From the IMG/VR virus record IMGVR_UViG_3300006116_000009: a stretch of 64,000 bases of DNA; one strand, written 5' to 3'. The notes beneath the pieces are model-generated. The model was not told where the DNA came from and ran no database searches. It was given only the letters and a program-made list of their open reading frames with translations. How positions within the stretch are numbered: position 1 is the stretch's first letter; each line of letters begins with the position of its first letter. Position numbers and translations under genes: made by a program. Positions 30,401 through 42,700 of the stretch are shown in pieces. The DNA comes from an uncultured virus (IMG/VR IMGVR_UViG_3300006116_000009). Lineage: Duplodnaviria > Heunggongvirae > Uroviricota > Caudoviricetes.

Positions 30401-30693
30401 ATGCCCTAACGGGGTGGATACCGTGGCTTGGTGGGGCAGTTCACATCAACCCCCTAAAAACTATTGGTGGCGCAGATAACACGGCTAAAACATTGGCTCA
30501 TAGCGCAAATGCTGTTGCTAATGGTCATACTGCTGGAATGAACAATGGTGGAAACATGACCGTTGCGCCGGGTGCCGTCCAAATCAACGTACATGGGGTA
30601 ACTGACCCTGTGGCAGTTGGAAACATTGTCAATCACCACGTCACTGAACATTTGCACAAATTGCGTTATACCTTACGTACAACGGGGCGATAA
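27442..30693 (+). CDS. Tape measure protein
   Basis: 1083 aa, helical and Ala/Leu-rich; Trp-spaced repeats near the C-terminus (HWNTVK.F...W); follows the chaperones. Confidence 0.9.
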   Translation: MSMMSSGSEIRAILNLDPAPAHKALDQMVDYTVAATGKMGLLFRDLGGVLTKSFVIGGIADILSKGMELASAQESMQAVQANLIKNQNLANSAFVGKLTTVAGSVSALKPLGEQYSALLDQQATTLSLQTGYQKNSIVQAQNLLLPNQDLANLFKKHTEAFQKTLSVASDIAATMGTNGSGIAGSAKMLSRILVDPVKHLSSMSRMGIQLSRDEKLRLGRTFAMNGLMAAQLQLLTLIDKHTKGTAEAAMSPVERMQNDLKLLMQTLGTGLLPILDQMASILTVTLQPLLNVITAAAQAFTPISTAIGKDIGNLLVAFQPLINLMVNGVIPAIMKVFQPIFGFITTIATDLNSLFSNKAMKSLINDFSILADTIVKALMPGLNALMDVFKKMEKDGTLNALMQAFLVALQAIMPVLPAMATAFANILVAIAPLVEVGAQFFTKFLLGFAKIEGTLATVVDAVVKFSTHFNGIIKAAGFVLLAFFGAKFAINTILMPFKAIGQGAELAMKALTRLTVVQKKAFGNISGANPLKYLGQYRRGVGKGQEELAYRKINEMVALGELPARVAERYRTAVEKQGPSEKAAFKQERRGELYAAMRQKSPDLLKNYLLGKLTPEDIKRMNTNALVEIGEHSLDELEKIREAITKDASENRRRRAEGTTAKNVATAIKETPGISAAKNAESQALIAKSVAKQTIASETIAKSMRGNRISGAFGGMGRMGGGLMGAGMGAGMAAMGFMGGNPFANLSSFGTLGNIGTKKSVDFQTMANSAMQLSMVLSGIAPMFTGIKDMVSGLGNVFSSVFARAAGDAVASTSEMAGAVTAETTTATAETTAKYATMTMEANAAYGEITAVATASNATIAAEQAGLMVEGAGFFAEMIAGWTATAVAVWAAMAPLLPFALAIAAVVAVTYLLITHWNTVKKFVVDVWHSIVDAAKWAGSEIMKGLDAIGGWFTSLWNTITKLGKSIWDGMYNGFVGTVNLIIKAWNALTGWIPWLGGAVHINPLKTIGGADNTAKTLAHSANAVANGHTAGMNNGGNMTVAPGAVQINVHGVTDPVAVGNIVNHHVTEHLHKLRYTLRTTGR

Positions 30694-30724
30694 TCGAAAT
30701 AGCGTAGTAAAGTAAGGGTTATCT

Positions 30725-33700
30725 ATGAAGCCCATTGTTGCTAAGCCCACCACGACCATAGAAACAAACGGAACTATAACCGTCAATGGTGGTTCCGACG
30801 TTGCTTCGGCGCTCAACGATGTCACGTACTTTTCCACCGCTACGGTTGCCGACTCGCAAGGGAACGTGTATTACGGAAATGCCGAACACGTAGACCAGTT
30901 TTTCACCAACTTTACGCAAAGTACACAGCCAAACGTAGGTACACGAAGCCTCCATACCACCGTAGGCAACCCCAACGATGGTTCTAGCGGTTCTTTCGCT
31001 GCTACGGGTGGTGACACCTTTGTTTACGTTCAGTCGGTTGAAAAGACCACTGAGGGGCAAATGGTGGCAATTTTGGAAGGGCAACTGCCTAACCAATCCA
31101 TCTTTTCACCACAGGCAACTTCGCCGGACACGCCATTTAGTGAATGGCTCGAGGTAGGTGCGACGGGTCTTGTACCGGCAACTTCTAACAAGCAAACTAT
31201 TGCCCCCCAAGACTTCCCCCTTTCAGCACTTATGTTGCCACAGGGAACCGGCAACATTTCGTCGGTCATGTCACCGAACCTGTCCTTCTACAACCCACCG
31301 GCAAATAAGGCTGTAGGACAGTTCTTTTCCACCAACATCAGTGGCTCGTACATTGAAGGAAACGCACCGCTTCCGTCCACTATTGGAAACGGCACCGTTG
31401 CGCCAATGTACGTGTCGGTTTCAGCAGACCAGCAATCCCTTGCGAATTTGCGTTCAATTTTGCCCGATGCAACTGCTTCGGTTTTTGTCCCCCAGCGCAT
31501 CAACACCATTGTTGTAGGCAACACGCAAACACAAGTTTCTGTTTCACAAACTATTGGTTTTTCAGTGGGGCAAACATTGACCGTTTCGTTTGAATTGGTC
31601 ACTGCCGACAAGCCAGTGCCATCTGGTTGGAATTGCGGAAAAATAACCTCAATTGACACCGTAAACAATGTCATTTATACCGACCTAAACATTTTGTCTG
31701 CCTACAATGCCGAATACATTACGGGCGTAGACGAACGCAACTTTATTCTTCCCAAAAACAATGTTGGTTTTAGCGCACAAACATCAAACAACACGACATA
31801 CTGCCTAGTCCCCTATCCCACCACGGGCTTGATTCCTGGTATGACGGTTGCTGACATTACCAACCCGTCAAAACTTTCGCCCACTACTTTTGTAGAATCA
31901 GTGGGAGGCAGTTTTTTCTACCTTTCATCGCCAACAATAGGTTCAATTAATCACGATGAATTAGTCGCCACTGGTACTTCTATTTCAGCAAACCTTTCGT
32001 GGTCAAGTGGCACTACTGACCTTGTAGGTACGGTGCCTTACGGTACTCCCTATGTGGGAATGTACGTTATTGGAAACGGAATTCCAGCAGGCTCGACCAT
32101 TACTTCTATTTCTGGTTCCGGCACACTTACCATTGTCATTAGCAATACAACTACCGATGCCGGTTATGGTGGTGAAATTAGTAGTTGTGTGTACGATTTA
32201 ACACCCAGCGGTGGCTATTACGGCACCTTTGCTACTACTGCACTTATTTCTAACGGTTCTGTACTTATGTCGCCCGTTTCACAAGTGCAGGGAAGCCTCC
32301 TTTCTGGTATGAACGTCGGTCACGATTTTGACGTAGTGCCACTTCCATATGGCACCCACATCAACAACCCACACGGCGTTGAGGATGCTTTTGTAAGCGG
32401 TCAGTCCGTCACCTTTGCAGGTACATTTGCCAGCGGTACAACCGTTATCAACGTCAGTTCCACCACCCTTAGCAATGGATACAGTTCTTCGGGTATGTAT
32501 GGATTGTCCATTGGTCAAGTGCTGAAATCAAATTCTTATTTCCCTCACGGAACTTCCATTATTGGAATGGACACCACTGCCGGAACAATTACAGTTAGCC
32601 ACCAGTGGACGGGTGCAAGTAGCGGAACTGCCAATTTCACCACTGAACCAATGTATGCGCAAACATTTTCATTGGTTGGAACTACCACGTCGGGAAGTTC
32701 CGTTGTTTCCATTGCTGACACCAACCCGTCCCAATCTTCTGCTTTCTATGGGCTGATGCTTGGAACGGTTATTTCTACAGGGCAACTAAAGAACGCCAAG
32801 TACACCGTTGTGGGAATTAACACCACAAACGGAACGATTACCCTTTCTAAAACTTGGTCAGACACGGCTGGCAAACAAACGTTATATGGATACAACGGCT
32901 ACGTGTATCTTTCATCACCTGCGACAAACAGTGGCAAATATGTATTTACGGTGAACTACCAAATTAGTACTGCGTATGCTTTTGGCGCAACCATTGAAGG
33001 TGTCACCACCCGTCTAAACATGGACGGTGGCGTTTCTTACGACTGTAAGTTCTTTTCAGCACCCTATGTAAGCATTGACTCGTACAACAATCCAAACTAC
33101 GGACAAATGTTGATTTTGCCCGTGAAGCCAATAAGCGTTTCATCCTCGCCCATTGCAAACGCCATCGACGTAGCAACTATTGGAACAAACAACAATTTTG
33201 TTTCGGGTTCTGAAAAGTACGCCAACGTGTTCCAATCGTCTACTTTTGTAGCAACTTTTACTAGCGGAAGCACGTCGGTCACCGGCGTAACGTCAGTAAA
33301 GGGAACTATCCGTGAAGGAAGCCAACTGTTTGTCAAGGGCGGTTCTACCGGAAACTTGGTCAAGGCTGGTACGCAAACAGGAATTCTTACCGTTGCTTCG
33401 GTTTCTTCTGACGGAACTGCCCTTACCCTTGCTGAAAACTACGAACAGGCTGGTGGCGGAAGTTCCACACTTCAGATAGTTGCGACACCCCCCATTCAAG
33501 TTGCCGACCTAAAGGGAATTTCTATCGGTCAGGCATACGCTAGCGATTCCACCACCATTGCGGTTAGCGGAACATACTACGCCCCAGCCGTCGCTGGTGT
33601 TGAATTTGCGGTTGGAAGCGACTTTTACGAAACATACCAAGTTGTTGATTACCCTGTGTATTTCACGGGGGACACGTCATTCAATTCGGCGGTTATCACC

Positions 33701-36700
33701 AACATACCTAGTACGCAAGGTTTGTTGGTTGGCATGGTAGTTACGGGTGCAAACCTGCCAAATGGTACGGTAATCCAATCCATCGACACGGCAAATCAAA
33801 TTACCTTGTCGGCTTTGGCAACGTCGTCAAGTACCCTTACGACATTCAGCACAAATTACTACAACGTCTACCTTGGCGAATACGTCGCCGGAACGACTGA
33901 TGTATTCAACGGCTACCAAATCTCCCAACCAGACTCGTACAACACTCGTGTTGTGCTTGGCGAAGCGGTGGTGGGTGGTTCTTTTTACGGAACGTCGGCA
34001 ATCTACACAATGTCGGTTGATTCCACCACCAATTTGTCGGTTGCGCCACAAAAAAATTGGTATGGTGCCATTTTCACTAACCAAAATGGCATTGTCAATG
34101 TAAGCGAAAGTGCCATTTCGGACATCAAGATTGGTGATGCAGTTGTTTTGCCTTATTCGGTTGTTGGCAATAACCCCGAAAGCCTGAACGGATACACCAA
34201 CGCTTTTGTTTCGTCAATTGTTTCCGGTGGCATTGTCAATGGTGAAAACGTCTACACGGTTTTTCTTGAGGACAATAACGGTCAGCCTTTTCCCATTAGT
34301 TATGCCCCTGCTGACGGCACAATCTATGGGTCAATCAACGGCATTTTTAGCAACTATACGCCACAATACTTATACAACCAAAGTCGCCTTGTTTGTTTGG
34401 AAATCAACTCCATAACCAACAAGGCTTTGATGTGGGCTGTGGATAAGCCTTTGCCTGTTGGTGGAAAGTTTGTGAATACCACAACGTATTCCAACGGAAA
34501 CAACCAAAACGCCATCTACCCAATCGTGGATACCGTCCCAATTGCATCTGCTTTCACTACGCCTACTTTAGATAAGTTCGGCGCAGGCGTAATCGCCTTG
34601 CGTGGCAACATCAACGGCAACCACAGCACTGGAACAGCAGTGGCTTCTTACGACGAAGGCAATCGTTATTTTGGTTCCACCACCGTAGGAGACTTGGAAG
34701 TCCTTTCCCCCACCAACATTGGTTCGCTTTTTGGTACGACCCTGTACAACGCAGTTTCCAAGGGTTCCACCACCGCTACCCTTGCGCCGCTTAGCAACAC
34801 CGTCAATGGCACGTACACCAACCTTGACCAATACGGCAATCTTGCCACACAAGGGTTCCCTATCACCACGGGTACGTCGCTAAAGAATTGCACCGTCTAT
34901 TCGGGTAACACGTACATTACCGTCACGTGGAACAGCGACCCCACCCTTGGAAGTCGCCCCTCCGTCGGTTGGCTTGTGACGGGCGCAGGAATTCCAAAGA
35001 ACACGTTTGTCACGTATGTTCGTGGTACTGAAATCGGTATTTCTAACGCTGCCCTCAATACGGCGGTGGACACAGCAACGTTCACGTTTGTTCCCGAAGT
35101 ATTTGGTGTAATGGTTGTTGGAACCGGCGACAACCAAGAAAGCGTTGTCTTTAGCCTGAACTACGCCTTCACCTCCGGTCAGTCTGTTGGCAACACAACG
35201 TCGCCAGCCGTTTTCCAATTGGCAAGCGGTCAATCGTTTGTTTATCCACACGCTGCTGGGGAACCTGTATTTGTTCCAAACATCAAGACCAACGGATTTG
35301 CTAACTTCCACGCTAAGGAAGCCCCAATCTTGGGCGGTGCTGATAACGCCGACGGCACCGAAGGTCTAAGCCATGTCGTTGCCGACAACACGAACGGTCA
35401 AGTAGCCACCACGTCTACTTTCACCATTGGGCTTACCCCCGTGATGATTCCCGTGGGCAATAACAACAACCCAACAACTTCAGCAACATTGGCACAAGGA
35501 CACAGTGCTGGGGAAACGTCAATTGTTATCACCACCCCCACGGGTTTCCCCGACGCTTACAAAAACCCCTACCCCACGACCAACTTCTTGCCACCGGAAC
35601 TTGGTCGCCTTGCCGGATACACGTCCACGGGAACCACAGTTATTTCAGTAGTCGTCACCGACGGTCCAATTCCAAACAGTTCATTTGCTATCCGCATCGG
35701 TACGGACAACTACTACGTGCAGTCCGCCACGCCTTCGGTTCTTGTTGATTCACTAAACGCCTACGACTTTACGCTTCTCAGCCCAACCACGTTTTTTTAC
35801 TACGACGGCACGCCTGTTCACCTTGTGTACCTCGACACGAACTCGACGTACAACAAACTGTACGTTCCAAAGTTTTACCTAAATCGCAGTTTCACGGGTG
35901 TTCTTACGGCAGGTAGCGCCGTCATTACAAGTGTGGTAGGAAGCCAACCCACAACTGGTATTGGTGCCGTTTATACCACCACGGGCGGTACGGGGGGAAC
36001 CAATACCCTTACGTCTTTCTCCTCGCCACCCCAAGTTGGTATGAAGATTTACGGCGATGCTGCCGTTCAGGAAAACACCGTCATTTTGTCGTATGACAAT
36101 GGCACCGATACTGCTGTTCTTTCCAAACCGTTTACCCAAAACACCGCCTCGGGCAGTTTGTGGGCCGCTTATGAGGTGCAGGGCGAGGGCATCCCTGCCG
36201 GTGCGTTTATTTATGAGGCACCTGGCGACGGAACCATCACCCTAAAGTATTTCACTACTTCATACGGAAGCAGCGCACAGTTGGCTCCGGCGGCAATTAG
36301 CGGAACGTACACGGTGAACCTCAACGTCGGTATGCCCGTATCGGTTGGCAACACGCCCCCAAGTGGCTTCACCACGCTGTACACAACGCCAATTATGGCA
36401 ACTATTTTCAGCGGAACGGTTATCTCATTGTCGTCGCCAAGTGGCACGGACTACGTGACCGTTTCAGCAGATGCAACCGTAGGGTCTACCAGTATTTCTA
36501 TACATCCCTACACGCCCACTTATGCCCACGATTGCGCCTCGGTATCGAATGGAATTTTGACGTATTTCACCACTGGCGTTCTGGGCGCAGGAACTATTTG
36601 TTCGTATGGACTTTCCGCCGAATTAGTCAAGGGTGACCCCATTGTTCTGAACAACGGAAACGGAACAACCATAGCCCTTTCGGTTGCGCAAACCCCAAGT

Positions 36701-39700
36701 GCCAACTCCACAGGTATCTTGGTGGAACCTTTTGCTCCAAACTACGCTTACGACAGCAACCCCATTGGCTACACCTTTAGCGGTACGGTTGTTAGCGGTT
36801 CCAATGTTCTGACTACCACTAGTGGCCCGTTGCAAATTGGTCAGCAAGTTTTTGATGGGTCAGGAAACAACGTATTCAATGGCGTTTCGGCGTTTGTACA
36901 GTCAGTTTCCACCACTACCGTGACAATGGGCGGTGGCACTACGTACTACGGTGGATTGGAAAACATGGTTGTCGGTGGCGACGGAAACCTTTATGGCTTC
37001 TCAAACACGGGCAGCGTGGGTATCTTCAAGATTTCACCAACCGGAGTTGTTGAGAACTTCTTTCCGTCAGGCACCTACTACTTTTCTAACGTTTACCAAT
37101 CTGCTTGCGCAGGAAGCGACGGGGCAATTTGGTACTACAGCGAATATGGAACATTGCTTGTTCGTATGTCCTATTCGGGTGATTTCACTACGTATAGTAC
37201 GCCGTGGCCCACTTATCAAAATGGTTCTTTGTGCTTAGGTCCCGATGGAAACTTGTGGACAAGTGGTGCCGGTGGTGCCGGTTACACATCACCGACCGTG
37301 TACAAGGTATCTACGTCTGGAACGTTTACTGCAGTTCCCCTCATTGGCGACAGCATTACCTCGGTCGGCAACAACATTGTTTCTGATGGTACATATTTGT
37401 ATGTTGCTGATAACAATGGAACGCAACGCCTATTGCGTTGGGATACTGGTGGAAACGCATCCGCCCATGGGGTAATTTCCGGCAGTGTGGCCCTGTTGGG
37501 CAACATTGCGTATGACGGGACGCATATTTGGATGCTGGGAGCAACAGGAGGGCAACTAACAGTTGCGTCTGTAGATTCCAGCGGAACGGTCACGTACTAT
37601 TACGATACCACCCTTACCACGGGGGTTTCTAGTGGCGCTATGCAATGGTTTTACGGTTTCTTGGTATTCAACATTAATAACAACATTTATATTGCGAACA
37701 TTGCCTCGTTCACGTCGGGGTCTTTCACATCAGAATTTTTGGCACCAGTAAGTGGGGAGTTAAATTTCTATTGCGACAACACCAATAACATTTTTTGGTC
37801 GTGGACCGGAAATTCTCCTACGTGCGAATTGGTTGGTCAGCCCGCAAGCGGTGCAACCATTACTATTTCACCATTTTTTTACAACACCGAGTCCATTACT
37901 GAGTGGCTACTAAACCTTTCCACTTCTTCGGTATCAGACCAATCGGACATTTCGTTCTACACCAACGGCACGTCAATCATTGCGCCTCCCGTGTACAACC
38001 TAAACGATGGTGACCAAACCGAACAAATTATTCCATCGTCATTGCCAACTGTTCTGAACCCCGACCCCACGTTCACTTTGACGTTGGCAAAACCACTTGT
38101 TCGTTCGCACAACCGTAATTCGTCTATATCTTTTTACCAAAAGCCTGTAGCACAGCCTGGTGACACAGTGTATTCGCCAGATACTAAAGCCCTTGAAATG
38201 TTTACAGGTTCTTCGTGGATTTCTTCTGAAATCAGTTCGGTTCAAATTCGCCACGCCGTACAAGGTTCATTGAATGGCAACGATAAAGTCACCACAGAAC
38301 TTTTGGATACTGCCACCCAAGAACGTGCGCCCCTTGACGTATTTGGTCAAATCTCCAACACAAAAAGTTCGACCAAACACACCGTTCGTAGTAGCGGTAA
38401 GCGTTCGGCAAAGCCAAATGGTAAAAAGTGGAACGTTGAGGACTTGTTCAACCTTGGTATTGTTGTCGCCAGCACGACCCCTGCCGGTCACAAAACCAAG
38501 CACCGTTCAGTACACGGTGTTGTTGTCACACGACCAAAGGCACGAATTACCTCGTTGTACCTTGCCCCATCTAACAATGTCATCTTTGTGCAAGACAGTG
38601 GTGGGAACTACTCCACGGCATCACACAACGGATACACCATCAACTGGATTTACTATGACGGCATCAAGACCACAGCACCCGTGGGCTACGAAGTAAAGAT
38701 TTACGATTCCCAAACCGCCTCACAAACGGGCTTTTCACCAAACAATTCCACGCCTAAGCCGATTGTAGACAGCGTAAGTAAGAACCCCGGAACGTCGTTT
38801 GCTATCAACTACCAAGACGGGTATGTCAATGGTGGAACATACATTGCGTATGTCCGTGCCATCAAGCAACAAGAAGCAAAGACTAGTTACACCGATTGGG
38901 TATCCACTGCTTTCACCGTAACTTTCGTACAACCGCTACCACCAATCGTGGCGGTTTGGAATGACACCAGCACGGCTACCAATGTCCTTTCTATCCAAGC
39001 ATCGGACAACTTGTTTTCAGCAGACAATGGCGCATTTGCCGGAACTATTGGCGGTTGGGCAATTACGCAACAAGACCAAGTTGATTCGACGGTAGAACTT
39101 GGCATTGTTGGTAGCGTCCTTGGTGAAGATGTTGTTGCTGGAAAAACGTACACCAGCATTGCCGTTGGTTCACACGGAAACGTCACCGCCCGAGGTGCGC
39201 TTGCAGGAACGGGAACGGGCGTGTTCTCCCTAACAGGTAGTTCAGTTGCCGGTACGGTTTCAGCCCTTTCGTTCACGGGAAACTTTACGGCTGGTTCCAA
39301 TGTTGTCACGGGTATCCAAGTACCTAGTGGTACTGAAATCCCTACGACGTGGTGTGTCGTGACTCCCGAATTCCCAGCACAAACCCAGTTGATTAGCGTC
39401 ACGCAGTCAAGCACTACTTACGTATCTGCCACTAGCGTCACATACTCGTTCACCTTCAACAAGCCAGCCGAAACTTCCGGTACGCAAACGTTCCTTATCA
39501 ACGCCCCCATCGCCACGGACGCAGTTGGTTTCCCACTGCCTGGTCAAACGTATTGGGTGACAATTGGTAGTGAAGATTTGTTGGTGGAAACCTTGCCCGA
39601 CGGCAACGGTCAAAGCAACACCATCAAGATTCACCAACGTGGCTACAACGGCACTACGCCCACTCCACACGCTAAGGGTGCGACTGTGGTGTATGGCTTG

Positions 39701-42700
39701 CAGGAAGATATTTACGCCGGATACGCCGGAAACATTGTATTCAACTACCAAGCAACGCAAGTACTGAAAAATGTAGCCGGTCTTGTTCTTGTGGGTGATG
39801 TACCAGCCGTTCTACCATCGACGACTACCGCCAAGGATGTCACTTCCAAAATTGCCGACTTGCCTATCTACGTCCCAAGCAAGCAAGCCGACACCACACT
39901 AAACCTTGACAACAACGACAACATTATCTATGTTGTTGCGCAACAGCACGGCGTACAAGTTGGTGACGCAGTTGTTCTTTCGGTTAGCGACCCACTTATG
40001 CTTTCATCTACGGGTAATTTGGTTCCCAATCCAAACCCCAAGCCCCGTAAGTTTCCAGCAAACCCATCAGGTACATTCACGGTCACGGCGGTAAAGCCTG
40101 CCGTCGCCCACTTGCAAATCGGTTCGTCTACCGACTCAACTGTAAAAAGTGGGTATGTCACCCACAGTGGTACTGGTGGTGCATATAACAGTTATCCAAC
40201 CCTTGCCACCGTGCCACACCGTTTTCCAGCAAAAAATGCGGTGTATAACCCTGAATCTAAGACCGTACACTTCCAAACCCTTGCCAACGGCTCCACCTTC
40301 AACACGGTAAAACAACAGAACTACAAAGATGTCCTTGGCAAGCAAGCCCCCGTTACGCCAAAGGCTGGCGACCAAATTACCATCATTTCACCGTCGTGGG
40401 ATGCTAGTTATGCCGTTGATGCACTAAAGCACGGGGCAACTTTTGGTCACGCCTACAACTACCCAACGTGGATTTACACCTTCCTAAAGGGAGTTGGTGT
40501 GACTAACCGAAGCCTTGAAACATTGGAAAGTTTGGCTCGTATGTCACACGCCGAAGGTGTGTACTTGGGTGGTGAAGCCGCTTCATACAACTGGCTCAAC
40601 TGTTCAGTTTCTTCTAGCCAATGGTCGCCATCGGGCGCACCAAACGCAGGAACATTCAAGCCTGTGACTATTGGAACATGGAGCGGTAAAGCCAGCATTA
40701 TTTCAGGCACCACCCCAGCCAGCGTAAACATTCCTGCCTTCCAGTCAGCCACCGACGGCGCAAATGCAAATGCCGCTTTTATGCTTGTAGACCAAACTTT
40801 CGGATACAAGTACATTATTCAGGCGTTGCAAAACCCCACGGGTTTTTCACTACCTGGTATGCCTGTTTCTTCCAATCCTTATGCGGTAGTTTCGTCGGCG
40901 TTTGCGTGGCACCCTGGGTCGTGGGGAACAGGAACGGGCATTTGCAAAATTACCGCTGTTTCCGGCAACTCCATTACCTACCAAGGAGTTAATGGTTTTG
41001 TAGGTGGTGTAATTTCTGACGCTCAGTATGTCGCTGGTTATGACTTCGATTTCAGTGGAAGAATTGTGGGCGCATCAACCGGACACTTTACTTTTGACCA
41101 CGTAGTCGGCACCCTCGAGGTTGGTAAGTACATCCTTGTTGGAAATGATTTTTACAACACGGTACACCCAACAAGCAGTATTGCGCTGACTTCTACGCAA
41201 AATGGATTTACCCCCGACACATCTACCACTCCCCCATACGTCAAGCAAAACGTTCAGGCTACTTTCACCCTTGCCCAAGATTGGAACCCCTATACCAACA
41301 GCAAAGACCCAGTTACAGGGCAACCACTTTCCACCATTGTTCTAAACACGCCTAACGGCTACGCATCATTTGGTGAATTTGCTTTTGCGGTTCAGGATAA
41401 CGGTGTGGTTCAACAACACGTGTATATTCCTGGTGGAAATACACAAATCAAGTGGACACCTTCTATTGACGTAAAAGACCCACAGTACCCGTATTCGCAA
41501 ATCCTTGAAGTGACCCTTTCGGCTGGCGTTTCAGCAGTTATTCCAAAAGACCAAGTTCTTCACGAAAACGACAAGGCTACGTTCTACAACACCACACCTG
41601 GGAAAGTTGTAAATAACCCTGGTACGCCGGATAAACCTGCGCACCGTGTTGCTGGAAACGAAGTAATCCCCCCAGCCAAATACACTTTTTCCGAGCCGTT
41701 CAAGGTTGGCTTCAACGAAACACCATCTACCGTAAATGCGCAAGTCGGTTGGTGGGATGGTTCATCATTTGAGCAAATTCACACCAATGGAACGTATAAC
41801 GGTGCCGGTACTTCGTATTTCTACAACGCCCTTTTCACCATTCCGCACATTGACGTTGATTCGGTTGTTTATTCGGCAGGGCTTGACGTTGGCACAACCG
41901 TCACCAACTCGTATTCATCGGGTAGTGGATATGTTATGTACTTTGGCGGTACGACGGGCTATGCCACAATCACCGATACAGGTACAACGTATGTGACTGC
42001 GCAAACTATTTCAGTACTTGCGCCTAACGCATTTATTATTCCAAAGGGGCGTACCAGTGTTCCCGTTGTTCCGTTCCAACCACGTCGTTCATTTGACCGT
42101 CGCATTGCGGTGACGTTCCAAATCCCCACACCTTTTGGCGCAAACGCCTTGAAGGTAACGTCCAATGGTTCGGGAATTAGTGACCTGTCTATTCACAGTT
42201 CCACCAGCCTAAACAACCAGAATTCTATTCCCGTAAATACTGGTCAGACGTATGGTTTTGCCGGATTTGGTTCACCCGTCAATATTTCACTAAACGACAA
42301 TATTGACCCAGCGTTCAAACTTCTTATTGACTGGTACGACGAAGCCAATAACTACCTTCGTACCTCAGACGGAACCGAAAGTATTGTGACGGGCAATAGT
42401 CAGTCATTCAACACAAATGTGACCTTGCCGTCATCTAACTTTTCCGGACTGAATTGGAAGCCTAACGCTATTGCAGCCAAAGCCCCTGTGGTTGCGGTAA
42501 TGGCTGACGCTGTTTACACCCCACTAGACCCTCACCACCCGTCAAAGGAAGGGTATTTCACCAGTGTCATCCCTGCATTCCTCTCCCTTTCGCAAGGTAC
42601 AGCAATCACCGTTGATGGCGTTGCTAATGGCGTAACTTCTAAGGCTTCGGATGTTGGCGACACCATTTACATAAAATTCCCCAACAACAATGGGCCAAAG